The notes under the pieces were generated by a model. The model made no database searches, was not told the origin of the DNA, and saw nothing but the letters and a program-made list of their open reading frames with translations. A DNA stretch of 10,902 nucleotides from Candidatus Sericytochromatia bacterium (lineage in GTDB: Bacteria; Cyanobacteriota; Sericytochromatia; S15B-MN24; JAQBPE01), in NCBI GenBank assembly GCA_035285125.1, contig JAYKHR010000003.1, positions 1-10,902 of the forward strand. Reading direction: 5' to 3'. Positions 1 to 6,764 of the stretch are shown here, piece by piece. The position numbers and the translations under genes are program-made. Numbering within the stretch: the first letter of the stretch is position 1; every line of letters begins with the position of its first letter.

Positions 1-718
1 CCAGGCGGTGCGCCGGGGTGGGGAGCCCCGCCCGCCTCAGAACGGCCGCGGCAAGTCGCTTGTCTCGCGCCCACTCCGCCCCGATGGCCGGCGTCTGGTC
101 GGTGAAGGTGCTCTTGAGCAGGCGGGCGAGGGCGCCCTGGCCGATCTGGTAGACCCCGCCGGCCACGTGACACGTGGGGATGCCGGCCTCGTACGCGGCC
201 CGCAACAGCGGCACGGTGTTCGCCCCCTGCGGCGCCAGGCTGCGCAAGCGCCCCAGCAAGGCGGCCAGCCCCGTCAGGACCTCATCCGGGGCGCCGCCCC
301 CCGACGCCGGGGCAAGGAGGGTGCAGGTCCACGCGAACGCCTCCGCGGTGGCGCCAGCCGTCGGCCCGTGGGCGGGGATCAGGAGCCACCAGGGCCCGGC
401 CTCGCCCCCCGCTGGGGGCAGCACCTCGGCTGGGCCGAACACAGGCAGGCCGGCCTCGCGCAGGAGCTCCCGCGTCCAGTGGCCGAGCCACCGCACGGCG
501 GCCTCACCGGGGGCCACAGGCCACGGCGGTGGCGCGTCGGCCCCGGGCAGCGCGCCCGCGAGCACGCGCGAGAGGGCCTCGAGGGAGGCCCTGGGCGGGG
601 GAGCACCTTGCCAGCGCAGGGGGGTGGCCCAGGCCAGCTCCCGCATCCCGGCCACGAAGCCCGGGCAGAGGCCCGCCTCGCCCGCTTGCACCAGCGTCAT
701 GAGCTCGGAGGGAGGCAT
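1..718 (-). CDS. Cyanophycin synthetase-like (CphA-family) ATP-grasp protein, 5' part only (continues beyond the left edge)
   Basis: Not in the ORF track because there is no stop in the window. Manual translation from ATG 718 (alternative in-frame ATG 700; GGAG 10 nt upstream of 718) gives MPPSELMTLVQAGEAG...LAPQGANTVPLLRAAYEAGIPTCHVAGGVYQIGQGALARLLKSTFTDQTPAIGAEWARDKRLAAAVLRRAGLPTPAHRL. This matches the CphA/GshAB-type pre-grasp pattern GPST..I..AA..RGIP...QLG.G..RI..T.T..TS.IA.E.A.DK..K..L...G.PVP. The catalytic ATP-grasp core and any Mur-ligase domain lie outside the window, so true cyanophycin synthetase function is not established. Confidence 0.75.
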   Translation of the reverse strand, partial: MPPSELMTLVQAGEAGLCPGFVAGMRELAWATPLRWQGAPPPRASLEALSRVLAGALPGADAPPPWPVAPGEAAVRWLGHWTRELLREAGLPVFGPAEVLPPAGGEAGPWWLLIPAHGPTAGATAEAFAWTCTLLAPASGGGAPDEVLTGLAALLGRLRSLAPQGANTVPLLRAAYEAGIPTCHVAGGVYQIGQGALARLLKSTFTDQTPAIGAEWARDKRLAAAVLRRAGLPTPAHRL

Positions 719-839
719 TCGCGAGTCGCTCCAGGCGCCGTCAGGGCGGGCCCATTTTAGCAGATGCCGCTGGCAGGAACGCCCTCCAGCCCCAGGCCCC
801 AGCTGCCGATGGATGACATGAGACGGAGGCCACATCCGG

Positions 840-1229
840 ATGAACGAGCTCACGCTGGCCGAGCGGCTGAAGGCCATGGGGTGGCCGGAGACGAACCCCT
901 GGATGCCCGGGCTGTGCCTGCTCGGCCTCGTCGTCAGCTGGTGGTTCTGGCGCCGCATCGAGCGCCGCTTCGCGGAGCTGCGGGCCCTCGACGAGCTCGG
1001 GGACGACCCCGAGGACCCCTGGCTGGAGGCCCAGCGCATCGTGGCGTGGCTCGCCCTGCTCTACTTCGGCTTCGTGTCGATCTTCGTCGTCGTGGCCGTG
1101 GTGGGCGGGGTCGTCCAGTGGCTGCGCTGGTGGCTGCTGCCCGCGGTGGCCTGGGCCGGTTGGCGGTGGTGGGACGCCAGACGGGCCGCCAGGGAGGCGG
1201 CCCGGGGAGACGATGACGAGGACGCGTGA
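840..1229 (+). CDS. Hypothetical Trp-rich small membrane protein (129 aa, 2-3 hydrophobic segments)
   Basis: GGAGG about 10 nt before ATG 840; G/C-ending codon bias; hydrophobic stretches GLCLLGLVVSWWFW, IVAWLALLYFGFVSIFVVVAVVGGVV and WWLLPAVAWAGW; fills the gap between neighbours without overlap. Confidence 0.8.
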   Translation: MNELTLAERLKAMGWPETNPWMPGLCLLGLVVSWWFWRRIERRFAELRALDELGDDPEDPWLEAQRIVAWLALLYFGFVSIFVVVAVVGGVVQWLRWWLLPAVAWAGWRWWDARRAAREAARGDDDEDA

Positions 1230-1235
1230 GGGGCC

Positions 1236-1493
1236 TCAGCGGCGCCTGGTGGTGACGCCCGTCGAGGTGACGCCGTAGGGACTGGCCAGGAGGATCGCCT
1301 CGGGCACGTCGAGGTGCTCGAGCTCAAAGGGGCTGCCGGCGGTCGGCACCTCACCGGCCCGCACGCTGCTGGCGTCCTGGGCCTGCAAGGGCGACGCCGA
1401 CGCCGTGAGGGCGGGCGGCTGGGGGGCGCCGGAGGCCAGGGCCTGGGACGAGAGGGGCGAGGCGCTGGCGAGGCTTGCGGTCGGGTTGATCAT
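1236..1493 (-). CDS. Small hypothetical protein (85 aa); Ala/Ser/Pro-rich N-terminus, C-terminal motif shared with 1527..1850
   Basis: AAGGAG 7 nt before ATG 1493; stop 6 nt from the convergent gene's stop; ends FELEHLDVPEAILLASPYGVTSTGVTTRRR. Confidence 0.75.
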   Translation of the reverse strand: MINPTASLASASPLSSQALASGAPQPPALTASASPLQAQDASSVRAGEVPTAGSPFELEHLDVPEAILLASPYGVTSTGVTTRRR

Positions 1494-1526
1494 GGGTGGG
1501 CTCCTTCAGGGCGTGGCTGCTGCTGG

Positions 1527-1850
1527 TCAGGCCTTGGGCGGGGGGGGCGGCTCGGGCGCCTTGGGCGGGGGTGGGGGCGCGGGCTGCGTACGGCGGCGGG
1601 AGTTGGACCCCGTGGCGGCCGGGTTGTCGATGCCCACGTCTTTGGCGGGGGGGGGCACGTCAAAGGTGTCGATGTCGACCTCGTCGGCTTCGTCGCTGGT
1701 GGCAACCGGCGCGAACGTGACCTCGTCGCTGGCGAGCGGGGCGCCGCCGTCAGTGGCGGCCGCCTCCCTGGCGCCGCTGGGCGGGGGCGCCGCGGCGCCG
1801 GCGACGCCGAGACGCGGCGACGGCTGTGGCGCTGAGATCCGATCGACCAT
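1527..1850 (-). CDS. Small hypothetical protein (107 aa); low-complexity N-terminus, shared motif, Pro-rich tail
   Basis: AAGGGGG 7 nt before ATG 1850; G/C-ending codons; contains VDIDTFDVPPPAKDVGIDNPAATGSNSRRR followed by a duplicated PPPPPKA. Confidence 0.75.
   Translation of the reverse strand: MVDRISAPQPSPRLGVAGAAAPPPSGAREAAATDGGAPLASDEVTFAPVATSDEADEVDIDTFDVPPPAKDVGIDNPAATGSNSRRRTQPAPPPPPKAPEPPPPPKA
1531..1571. repeat. 14-bp direct repeat GCCTTGGGCGGGGG (27-bp period) encoding the duplicated PPPPPKA tail
   Basis: Copies start at 1531 and 1558, in frame within the 107-aa gene. Confidence 0.8.
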
Positions 1851-1946
1851 CTGTCATCCCCCTTGCAGCTCTCACCACCTACGTCGCCCGGGGCGGGTGG
1901 GCCCTTGCCGGCACCAACAGAGGGAAAACAAGCTTTTAACAAAACC

Positions 1947-3140
1947 TCAATAAACGAGCCCCGTCAGCGCCCGGCCGGCGTCGAGGCGGCCGGCGCCGTG
2001 GTCGTCGTCGCGGCCTGGCGGGCCAAGATCCACCGCCGTCGCTTCCAGCCGCGCCCGCAGCCCGGCCGCTGTCAGGCCGGGGCGGAGGCTTGCCAGCAGC
2101 GCGGCCACGCCCGCCACGTGCGGCGTGGCCATCGAGGTGCCGGACATCCGCGCCCACTTCCCATCGGGAATCGTGGACAGGATGTCGCGCCCTGGCGCCG
2201 TGAGCGCCACGTGCGGCCCGTAGTTGGAGAACGAGGCCCGCACGTCGTCCTTGCCCGTGGCTCCCACCGCGAGCACGCCGGGCAGCACGGCCGGGTAAAA
2301 CGGCTTGTCGTGACCCTTGTTGCCGGTGCCGGCCACCAGCAGCGCACCGCGGGCCTGGGCGTGCCGCACGGCGTCGGCGAGCAGCTGGCTCGGCTGGTCG
2401 GTGCCCAGGCTCAGCGAGATCACGGCGGGGCGCTGGTCGGCCGCCCACACAAGGCCTGCCGCCACCTGGCTCAGCGTGCCCGACCCCTTGGCGTCGAGCA
2501 CCTTCACGGGCAGCAGCGAGACGCCTGGGGCCACGCCCACCACCCCCCCGTTGCCCCGGCCCGCCGCCACGATGCCCGCGCAGTGCGTGCCGTGGAAGTT
2601 GTCGTCCGTGGCGTCGTCGTCGCCGTTCACCACGTCGCGCCCGGGCAGCACCCGGCCGCGCAGGTCGGGGTGGCTGGCGTCGATCCCCGTGTCGACGACG
2701 GCCACGCGGACGCGCGGGCTCCCCGTCGTAACGGCCCACGCGGCGTCGATGCCGATGCGGTCGAGGGCCCACTGGGCGTCCCGCTGCTCGTCGCCCGTCC
2801 GCAGGGCCGGCGCCGGCACCTCGTCGCCCGGCAGCCGCAGCGTCTGATCCGCCTCGACGTAGCGCACGCCGCGACGGCCCGCCAGCGCAGCCCGGACGCG
2901 GGCCGTCCCGGGGGCCACCACCACCACGGCCTGGAGCTCGGGCAGCGCCGCCAGCACGGGCCAGGGCGCGTCGGCCAGGGCTGCCTGGCGGCTGCGGGCG
3001 TCCGCGAAGCCGATCACCAGGCGCTCGGTGCGCACGGCCTGTGGCGTGAGGCCCTGGCTGGACCTGGGCGCCGGCGCCGCCGGCGCCTCGCAGGCGGTGG
3101 TGGCGAGGGCGAGGAGGAACAGGGACGTCCGGCGGCTCAT
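1947..3140 (-). CDS. S8 family subtilisin-like serine peptidase (thermitase-like), probable lipoprotein with prodomain (397 aa)
   Basis: Catalytic motifs VAVVDTGID (Asp), HGTHCAG (His), GTGN (oxyanion Asn) and SGTSMATPHVAG (Ser). The N-terminus MSRRTSLFLLALATTAC resembles a type II signal peptide, and the segment ending VRYVEAD is typical of an I9-like propeptide. Confidence 0.95.
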   Translation of the reverse strand: MSRRTSLFLLALATTACEAPAAPAPRSSQGLTPQAVRTERLVIGFADARSRQAALADAPWPVLAALPELQAVVVVAPGTARVRAALAGRRGVRYVEADQTLRLPGDEVPAPALRTGDEQRDAQWALDRIGIDAAWAVTTGSPRVRVAVVDTGIDASHPDLRGRVLPGRDVVNGDDDATDDNFHGTHCAGIVAAGRGNGGVVGVAPGVSLLPVKVLDAKGSGTLSQVAAGLVWAADQRPAVISLSLGTDQPSQLLADAVRHAQARGALLVAGTGNKGHDKPFYPAVLPGVLAVGATGKDDVRASFSNYGPHVALTAPGRDILSTIPDGKWARMSGTSMATPHVAGVAALLASLRPGLTAAGLRARLEATAVDLGPPGRDDDHGAGRLDAGRALTGLVY

Positions 3141-3150
3141 GCCTCAAGGA

Positions 3151-3176
3151 TGGCACGGGAGAACGATTTCGTGCCA
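3151..3176. promoter_or_regulatory. Inverted repeat TGGCACG-N12-CGTGCCA just upstream of the S8 peptidase start
   Basis: Arms at 3151-3157 and 3170-3176, 10 nt from the ATG at 3140. The function (operator or 5'UTR hairpin) is inferred only. Confidence 0.4.
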
Positions 3177-3248
3177 CGGCGAAGGAGCCTCGCAGGGGGT
3201 TGCTTTACTGTTTCTTAATCTCAATTAGAGGTGGGGTTAGCAATCCAG

Positions 3249-3281
3249 GGTGGCTGGACCGCGACAACCCCGGTGGCTGGA
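3249..3281. repeat. 10-bp direct repeat GGTGGCTGGA (23-bp period) in the divergent intergenic region
   Basis: Copies at 3249-3258 and 3272-3281, each preceded by CAA(T/C)CC. Confidence 0.65.
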
Positions 3282-3328
3282 TGCCTCCTCCGCCCCCCCT
3301 GACTCGCCATTACAAGGAACACGGGCCA

Positions 3329-3865
3329 ATGCAAAAAACTGCGACGTTCGTCCTCGCCGGTCTGCTGCTCGCAGGCTGCGGCACCTCCCCGCTGGCCGGG
3401 CCCAAAGCTTCGGTGTCCGACAGCCTTTCGGCGCAGGGGGCTAAACTCAATCCGACGAGCTATGAACAGATCACCTTCGAGACCCTGAACCGGCTGGTCC
3501 TCGACCCTAAGTTTGCAGCCACGAAGGACGGTAAGAGCCTGCAGGTCAAGTGCCTTGCCGAGGCTTCTCCGCCCGGCGCGCAGTATGCCGGCTGGAACGC
3601 TTTCCTGAAGGCGGAAGCCAAGGGTCCCGAGAACGTGAGAGCGGAGAGCCTGCTGCGCCGCCTCCCGACCCTTGCCAGCCGGGACGCCAAGTTCGCGTGG
3701 CTCGAGGAGCGTGGGATTGCGGTCAGTTGGATGGACCACAAGCCGCTGCCCCCCGTCACGGTCTTCTTCCGCGTGCGCGCCCAGAAGACCCTCGAAGACG
3801 CCCTCGTGAAGACCATCGACGTGAAGGGCATCCAGGCCCCTTCGGGCAAGGTGTTCACGTTCTGA
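3329..3865 (+). CDS. Hypothetical lipoprotein (178 aa)
   Basis: Start reassigned from 3200 to ATG 3329, which has AAGGA 10 nt upstream and gives the canonical signal peptide MQKTATFVLAGLLLAG-C (lipobox LAGC, Cys17). The mature domain is not recognised. Confidence 0.85.
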   Translation: MQKTATFVLAGLLLAGCGTSPLAGPKASVSDSLSAQGAKLNPTSYEQITFETLNRLVLDPKFAATKDGKSLQVKCLAEASPPGAQYAGWNAFLKAEAKGPENVRAESLLRRLPTLASRDAKFAWLEERGIAVSWMDHKPLPPVTVFFRVRAQKTLEDALVKTIDVKGIQAPSGKVFTF

Positions 3866-3915
3866 CCGCCGGGAGCGGCGAGCCAATCTTGCCCTGAGCA
3901 ACCAGCGCCTCGGCC

Positions 3916-3947
3916 GGGCGGCCGCGCGAGCCCTCGCGCGGCCGCCC
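3916..3947. terminator. Perfect GC-rich hairpin between convergent genes; probable bidirectional terminator or stability element
   Basis: GGGCGGCCGCGCGAG-CC-CTCGCGCGGCCGCCC is a 15-bp perfect inverted repeat between the lipoprotein stop (3865) and the guaB stop (3970). There is no U-tract on either side. Confidence 0.6.
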
Positions 3948-3969
3948 ATCCTGGTTCCGGCCTCCGCCC

Positions 3970-5115
3970 TCAGTGCGGCGTCCGCGCGTAGTTCGGTGCT
4001 TCCTTCGTGATCATCACGTCGTGCGGGTGGCTCTCGCGCACGCTGGCCCCCGTCACCCGGATGAAGCGGGCGCCCGCGTGCAGCGCGGCGACGGTGGGCA
4101 GGCCACAGTAGCCCATGCCCTTGGTCAGGCCGCCGAGCAGCTGGTAGGCCACGTCGTGGACGCTGCCCGTGAGCGGCACCATGCCCTCGATGCCCTCGGG
4201 CACCACGCCGTCGCCCTGGTGTTTGCCGTAGCGGTCATTGCCCTCGTTCTGAAGGGCGCCGAGCGAGCCCATGCCGCGGTAGACCTTGAAGGGGCGCCCG
4301 TCCAGGTTGATCTGGGCGCCCGGGGACTCGTGCGTGCGGGCGAGCAGGCTGCCGAGCATCACGGTGTCGGCGCCCGCGGCGATCGCCTTGGTGATGTCGC
4401 CCGAGTAGCGGATGCCGCCATCGGCGATGATCGGCACGCCGGCCCCCTGCGCCACGGAGGCGACGGCCCGGATGGCCGAGAGCTGCGGCACGCCCACGCC
4501 CGCCACCACGCGCGTGGTGCAGATCGAGCCCGGCCCGATGCCCACCTTCAGTGCGTCCGCGCCGGCTGCGATCAGCAGCTCGGCGGCCTCGGCGGTCGCG
4601 ATGTTGCCGACGATCACGGGGACGTGCGGGTGCTCGGCCTTGAGCGCCTTGAGCGCCTCCACCACGTTGCGGGTGTGCCCGTGGGCCGTGTCGATGCACA
4701 GCACGTCCACCCCCGCGGCCACGAGGGCGGCCGCGCGGGCCTTGTAGCCCCCGGGGCCGTCGCCTGCCCCCACGGCAGCGCCCGCGAGCAGCCGGCCGTG
4801 GGCGTCGAGCGAGGCCCTGGCGGGGTCGACGACGGCGCGCTCCTTCACCTGCCGGACCTCGTCCGCCTGCCGCTCGATGGGCATGTTCCGGTGGATGATG
4901 CCGAGGCCGCCCAGGCCCGCCATCGCCGCCGCCATCTCGGCCTCGGTGACGGTGTCCATCGCCGCCGAGACCAGCGGCACCTTGAGCGACAGGCCCTTGC
5001 ACAGGCGCGTCGCGAGGCTGGCCTCGTCCGGCAGGAAGTCGGCGTAGCCCGGCAGCAGCAGGACGTCGTCGAACGTCAGGCCCTCGGGAATTGGCAGCGC
5101 GTAGGGGTTGCTCAT
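3970..5115 (-). CDS. guaB: IMP dehydrogenase, short form lacking the CBS (Bateman) domain (381 aa)
   Basis: Motifs [34 protein letters not shown], catalytic loop [34 protein letters not shown], flap DRY..., PEGIEG and ESHPHDV. ATG 5115 is preferred over GTG 5124 because GAGGTG lies 6 nt upstream of it. Confidence 0.95.
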   Translation of the reverse strand: MSNPYALPIPEGLTFDDVLLLPGYADFLPDEASLATRLCKGLSLKVPLVSAAMDTVTEAEMAAAMAGLGGLGIIHRNMPIERQADEVRQVKERAVVDPARASLDAHGRLLAGAAVGAGDGPGGYKARAAALVAAGVDVLCIDTAHGHTRNVVEALKALKAEHPHVPVIVGNIATAEAAELLIAAGADALKVGIGPGSICTTRVVAGVGVPQLSAIRAVASVAQGAGVPIIADGGIRYSGDITKAIAAGADTVMLGSLLARTHESPGAQINLDGRPFKVYRGMGSLGALQNEGNDRYGKHQGDGVVPEGIEGMVPLTGSVHDVAYQLLGGLTKGMGYCGLPTVAALHAGARFIRVTGASVRESHPHDVMITKEAPNYARTPH

Positions 5116-5125
5116 CGGGGTCACC

Positions 5126-6682
5126 TCACTCCCACTCGATGGTGGCGGGGGGCTTGCTGGTCACGTCGAACACGACGCGGTTGACGCCGCGCACCTCGTT
5201 GGCGATGCGGGCCGCCGCGCGACCGAGCACCTCGAAAGGCACGGGGTGGAAGTCTGCGGTCATGCCGTCCACGGAGTCCACGGCCCGCAGGGCGATGACG
5301 GCGCCCTCGGTGCGGCCGTCGCCCTGCACGCCCACGGCCCGCACGGGCAGCAGGGCGGCAAAGGCCTGCCAGATGGCGTCGTACAGGTTTGCCCGGCGGA
5401 TCTCCTCCAGGTAGATGGCGTCGGCCTGCCGCACCATCTCGGCGCGCTCTGGCGTCACCTCCCCGAGCACGCGGATCCCGATGCCGGGGCCCGGGAAGGG
5501 GTGCCGCATCACGAGCTCGCGCGGCAGCCCAAGCAGCATCCCGAGGGCGCGGACCTCGTCCTTGAAGATCCCCCCACAAGGCTCCACGATGCGACCCGCC
5601 TCGCGCTTGGCTCGCACCAGCGGCGTGCCGACGTTGTGGTGGGTCTTGATCGTGGCGGTGTGCGCCCCCGTGGCGCCGGACTCGATCAGGTCGGTGTAGA
5701 GCGTGCCCTGCGCCAGGAAGGCCGTCTCGGCGTCGATCCCGAGCGCAGCCACGGCCTCGTTTTGCACCTCGATGAAGGTGTCCCCGATGCGGCGGCGCTT
5801 CTCCTCGGGGTCCGACTGGCCGGCGAGGGCGGCGAAGAAGCGGTCCGCGGCGTGCACGACGCGCAGGTTCACCAGCCCCGCGTCCCGCAAGAAGACCTCC
5901 ACGGCGGCGCTTTCGCCGGCGCGCATCAGGCCGGAGTCGATGTGGATCGGGAACACCTGCTCGGGCGGCAGGGCCCGCGCCAGCAGCGCGGCCGTGACCG
6001 TCGAGTCGACGCCGCCCGACACCAGCACGATCACGGGGGCGCTGCCCACCTGGGCCCGCACCGCGGCGATGGCCTCCTCGAGGTACGCCCCCACGCTCCA
6101 GTCGCCACGGCAGCCACACACGCCGAACACGAAGTTCGAGAGCATCGTGCGTCCCTCAGGCGAGTGCGTGACCTCGGGGTGGAACTGCACGGCGTGCCAC
6201 GGCCGCTCGCGGTGCGCCATCGCGGCGATGACGCCGTTGTCCGTCCGGGCGACGACGTCCCAGCCGGCGGCGAGGGCCTCGAGCCGGTCGCCGTGGCTCA
6301 TCCAGACCGTCGGCGTCGCCGAGACCCCCTCGAAGAGCGCCCCCGAGACGTCCTGCAGCACGGCCCGACCGTACTCGCGGTGGGTCCCGGGCACGACGGT
6401 GCCGCCGCCAGCGTGGTTCAGCAGCTGCATGCCGTAGCATACGCCCAGCACCGGCACGCCCAGGTCGAGCAAACCGGCGGCCAGCCTCGGGGAGTCCGGC
6501 TCCGTGACGCTCGCCGGCCCCCCCGACAGGATCACGCCGCGCAGCGCGGGGCCCGCCAGGCGATCGGGGGCCACGTCGGCCGGGAAGATCTCGGCCAGCA
6601 CGCCCAGCTCGCGAAGGCGGCGGGCGATCAGCGGCGTGTACTGGCTGCCGAAGTCGAGGACGGCGATGCGCTCGTGGGCCAC
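5126..6682 (-). CDS. guaA: GMP synthase (glutamine-hydrolysing), 518 aa
   Basis: GTG 6682 with AGGAG 6 nt upstream. GATase motifs LDFGSQY, LSGGP, GVCYGMQ, WMSHGD and QFHPEV; ATP-pyrophosphatase motifs SGGVDS, QGTLYTDLIES, IKTHHNV and HPFPGPG; C-terminus KPPATIEWE. Confidence 0.97.
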   Translation of the reverse strand: MAHERIAVLDFGSQYTPLIARRLRELGVLAEIFPADVAPDRLAGPALRGVILSGGPASVTEPDSPRLAAGLLDLGVPVLGVCYGMQLLNHAGGGTVVPGTHREYGRAVLQDVSGALFEGVSATPTVWMSHGDRLEALAAGWDVVARTDNGVIAAMAHRERPWHAVQFHPEVTHSPEGRTMLSNFVFGVCGCRGDWSVGAYLEEAIAAVRAQVGSAPVIVLVSGGVDSTVTAALLARALPPEQVFPIHIDSGLMRAGESAAVEVFLRDAGLVNLRVVHAADRFFAALAGQSDPEEKRRRIGDTFIEVQNEAVAALGIDAETAFLAQGTLYTDLIESGATGAHTATIKTHHNVGTPLVRAKREAGRIVEPCGGIFKDEVRALGMLLGLPRELVMRHPFPGPGIGIRVLGEVTPERAEMVRQADAIYLEEIRRANLYDAIWQAFAALLPVRAVGVQGDGRTEGAVIALRAVDSVDGMTADFHPVPFEVLGRAAARIANEVRGVNRVVFDVTSKPPATIEWE

Positions 6683-6717
6683 GGGGATCTCCTGGGTCGC
6701 TCGGGGAATGGTGCAGG

Positions 6718-6726
6718 AGGATACCA
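6718..6726 (-). promoter_or_regulatory. Putative extended -10 element (TGGTATCCT) for guaA-guaB
   Basis: TGnTATnnT pattern on the minus strand, 35 nt upstream of the guaA GTG; no convincing -35. Confidence 0.45.
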
Positions 6727-6764
6727 CGGGGCCGGCCGCCCGGGGCGAGCGCGAGGGCCGCACT

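Noticed and set aside
8..821. Plus-strand ORFs 8..760 and 174..821
   Set aside because: Antisense shadows of the minus-strand CphA-like gene; Arg/Gly/Pro/Ser-rich with no motifs.
1540..1655. G8 (1540-1547) and G9 (1647-1655) runs as phase-variation tracts
   Set aside because: Explained by consecutive Pro codons on the minus strand in high-GC DNA; the frame is intact and there is no evidence of length variation.
3151..3176. TGGCACG as a sigma54 -24 element on either strand
   Set aside because: Neither copy has the required TTGC/-12 GC at the correct spacing; retained only as an inverted repeat.
3241..3282. Short direct repeats as a degenerate CRISPR array
   Set aside because: Only two 10-bp copies with a 13-bp gap, far from CRISPR repeat/spacer dimensions, and no cas genes nearby.
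3200..3328. Longer 221-aa version of the lipoprotein
   Set aside because: The signal peptide and RBS fit ATG 3329; the upstream part is the regulatory region.
1863..5184. Long alternative-frame ORFs over the S8, lipoprotein and guaB genes (1863..3218, 1936..3177, 3221..3949, 3973..5184)
   Set aside because: Typical high-GC shadow frames overlapping well-supported genes; no motifs or RBS support.
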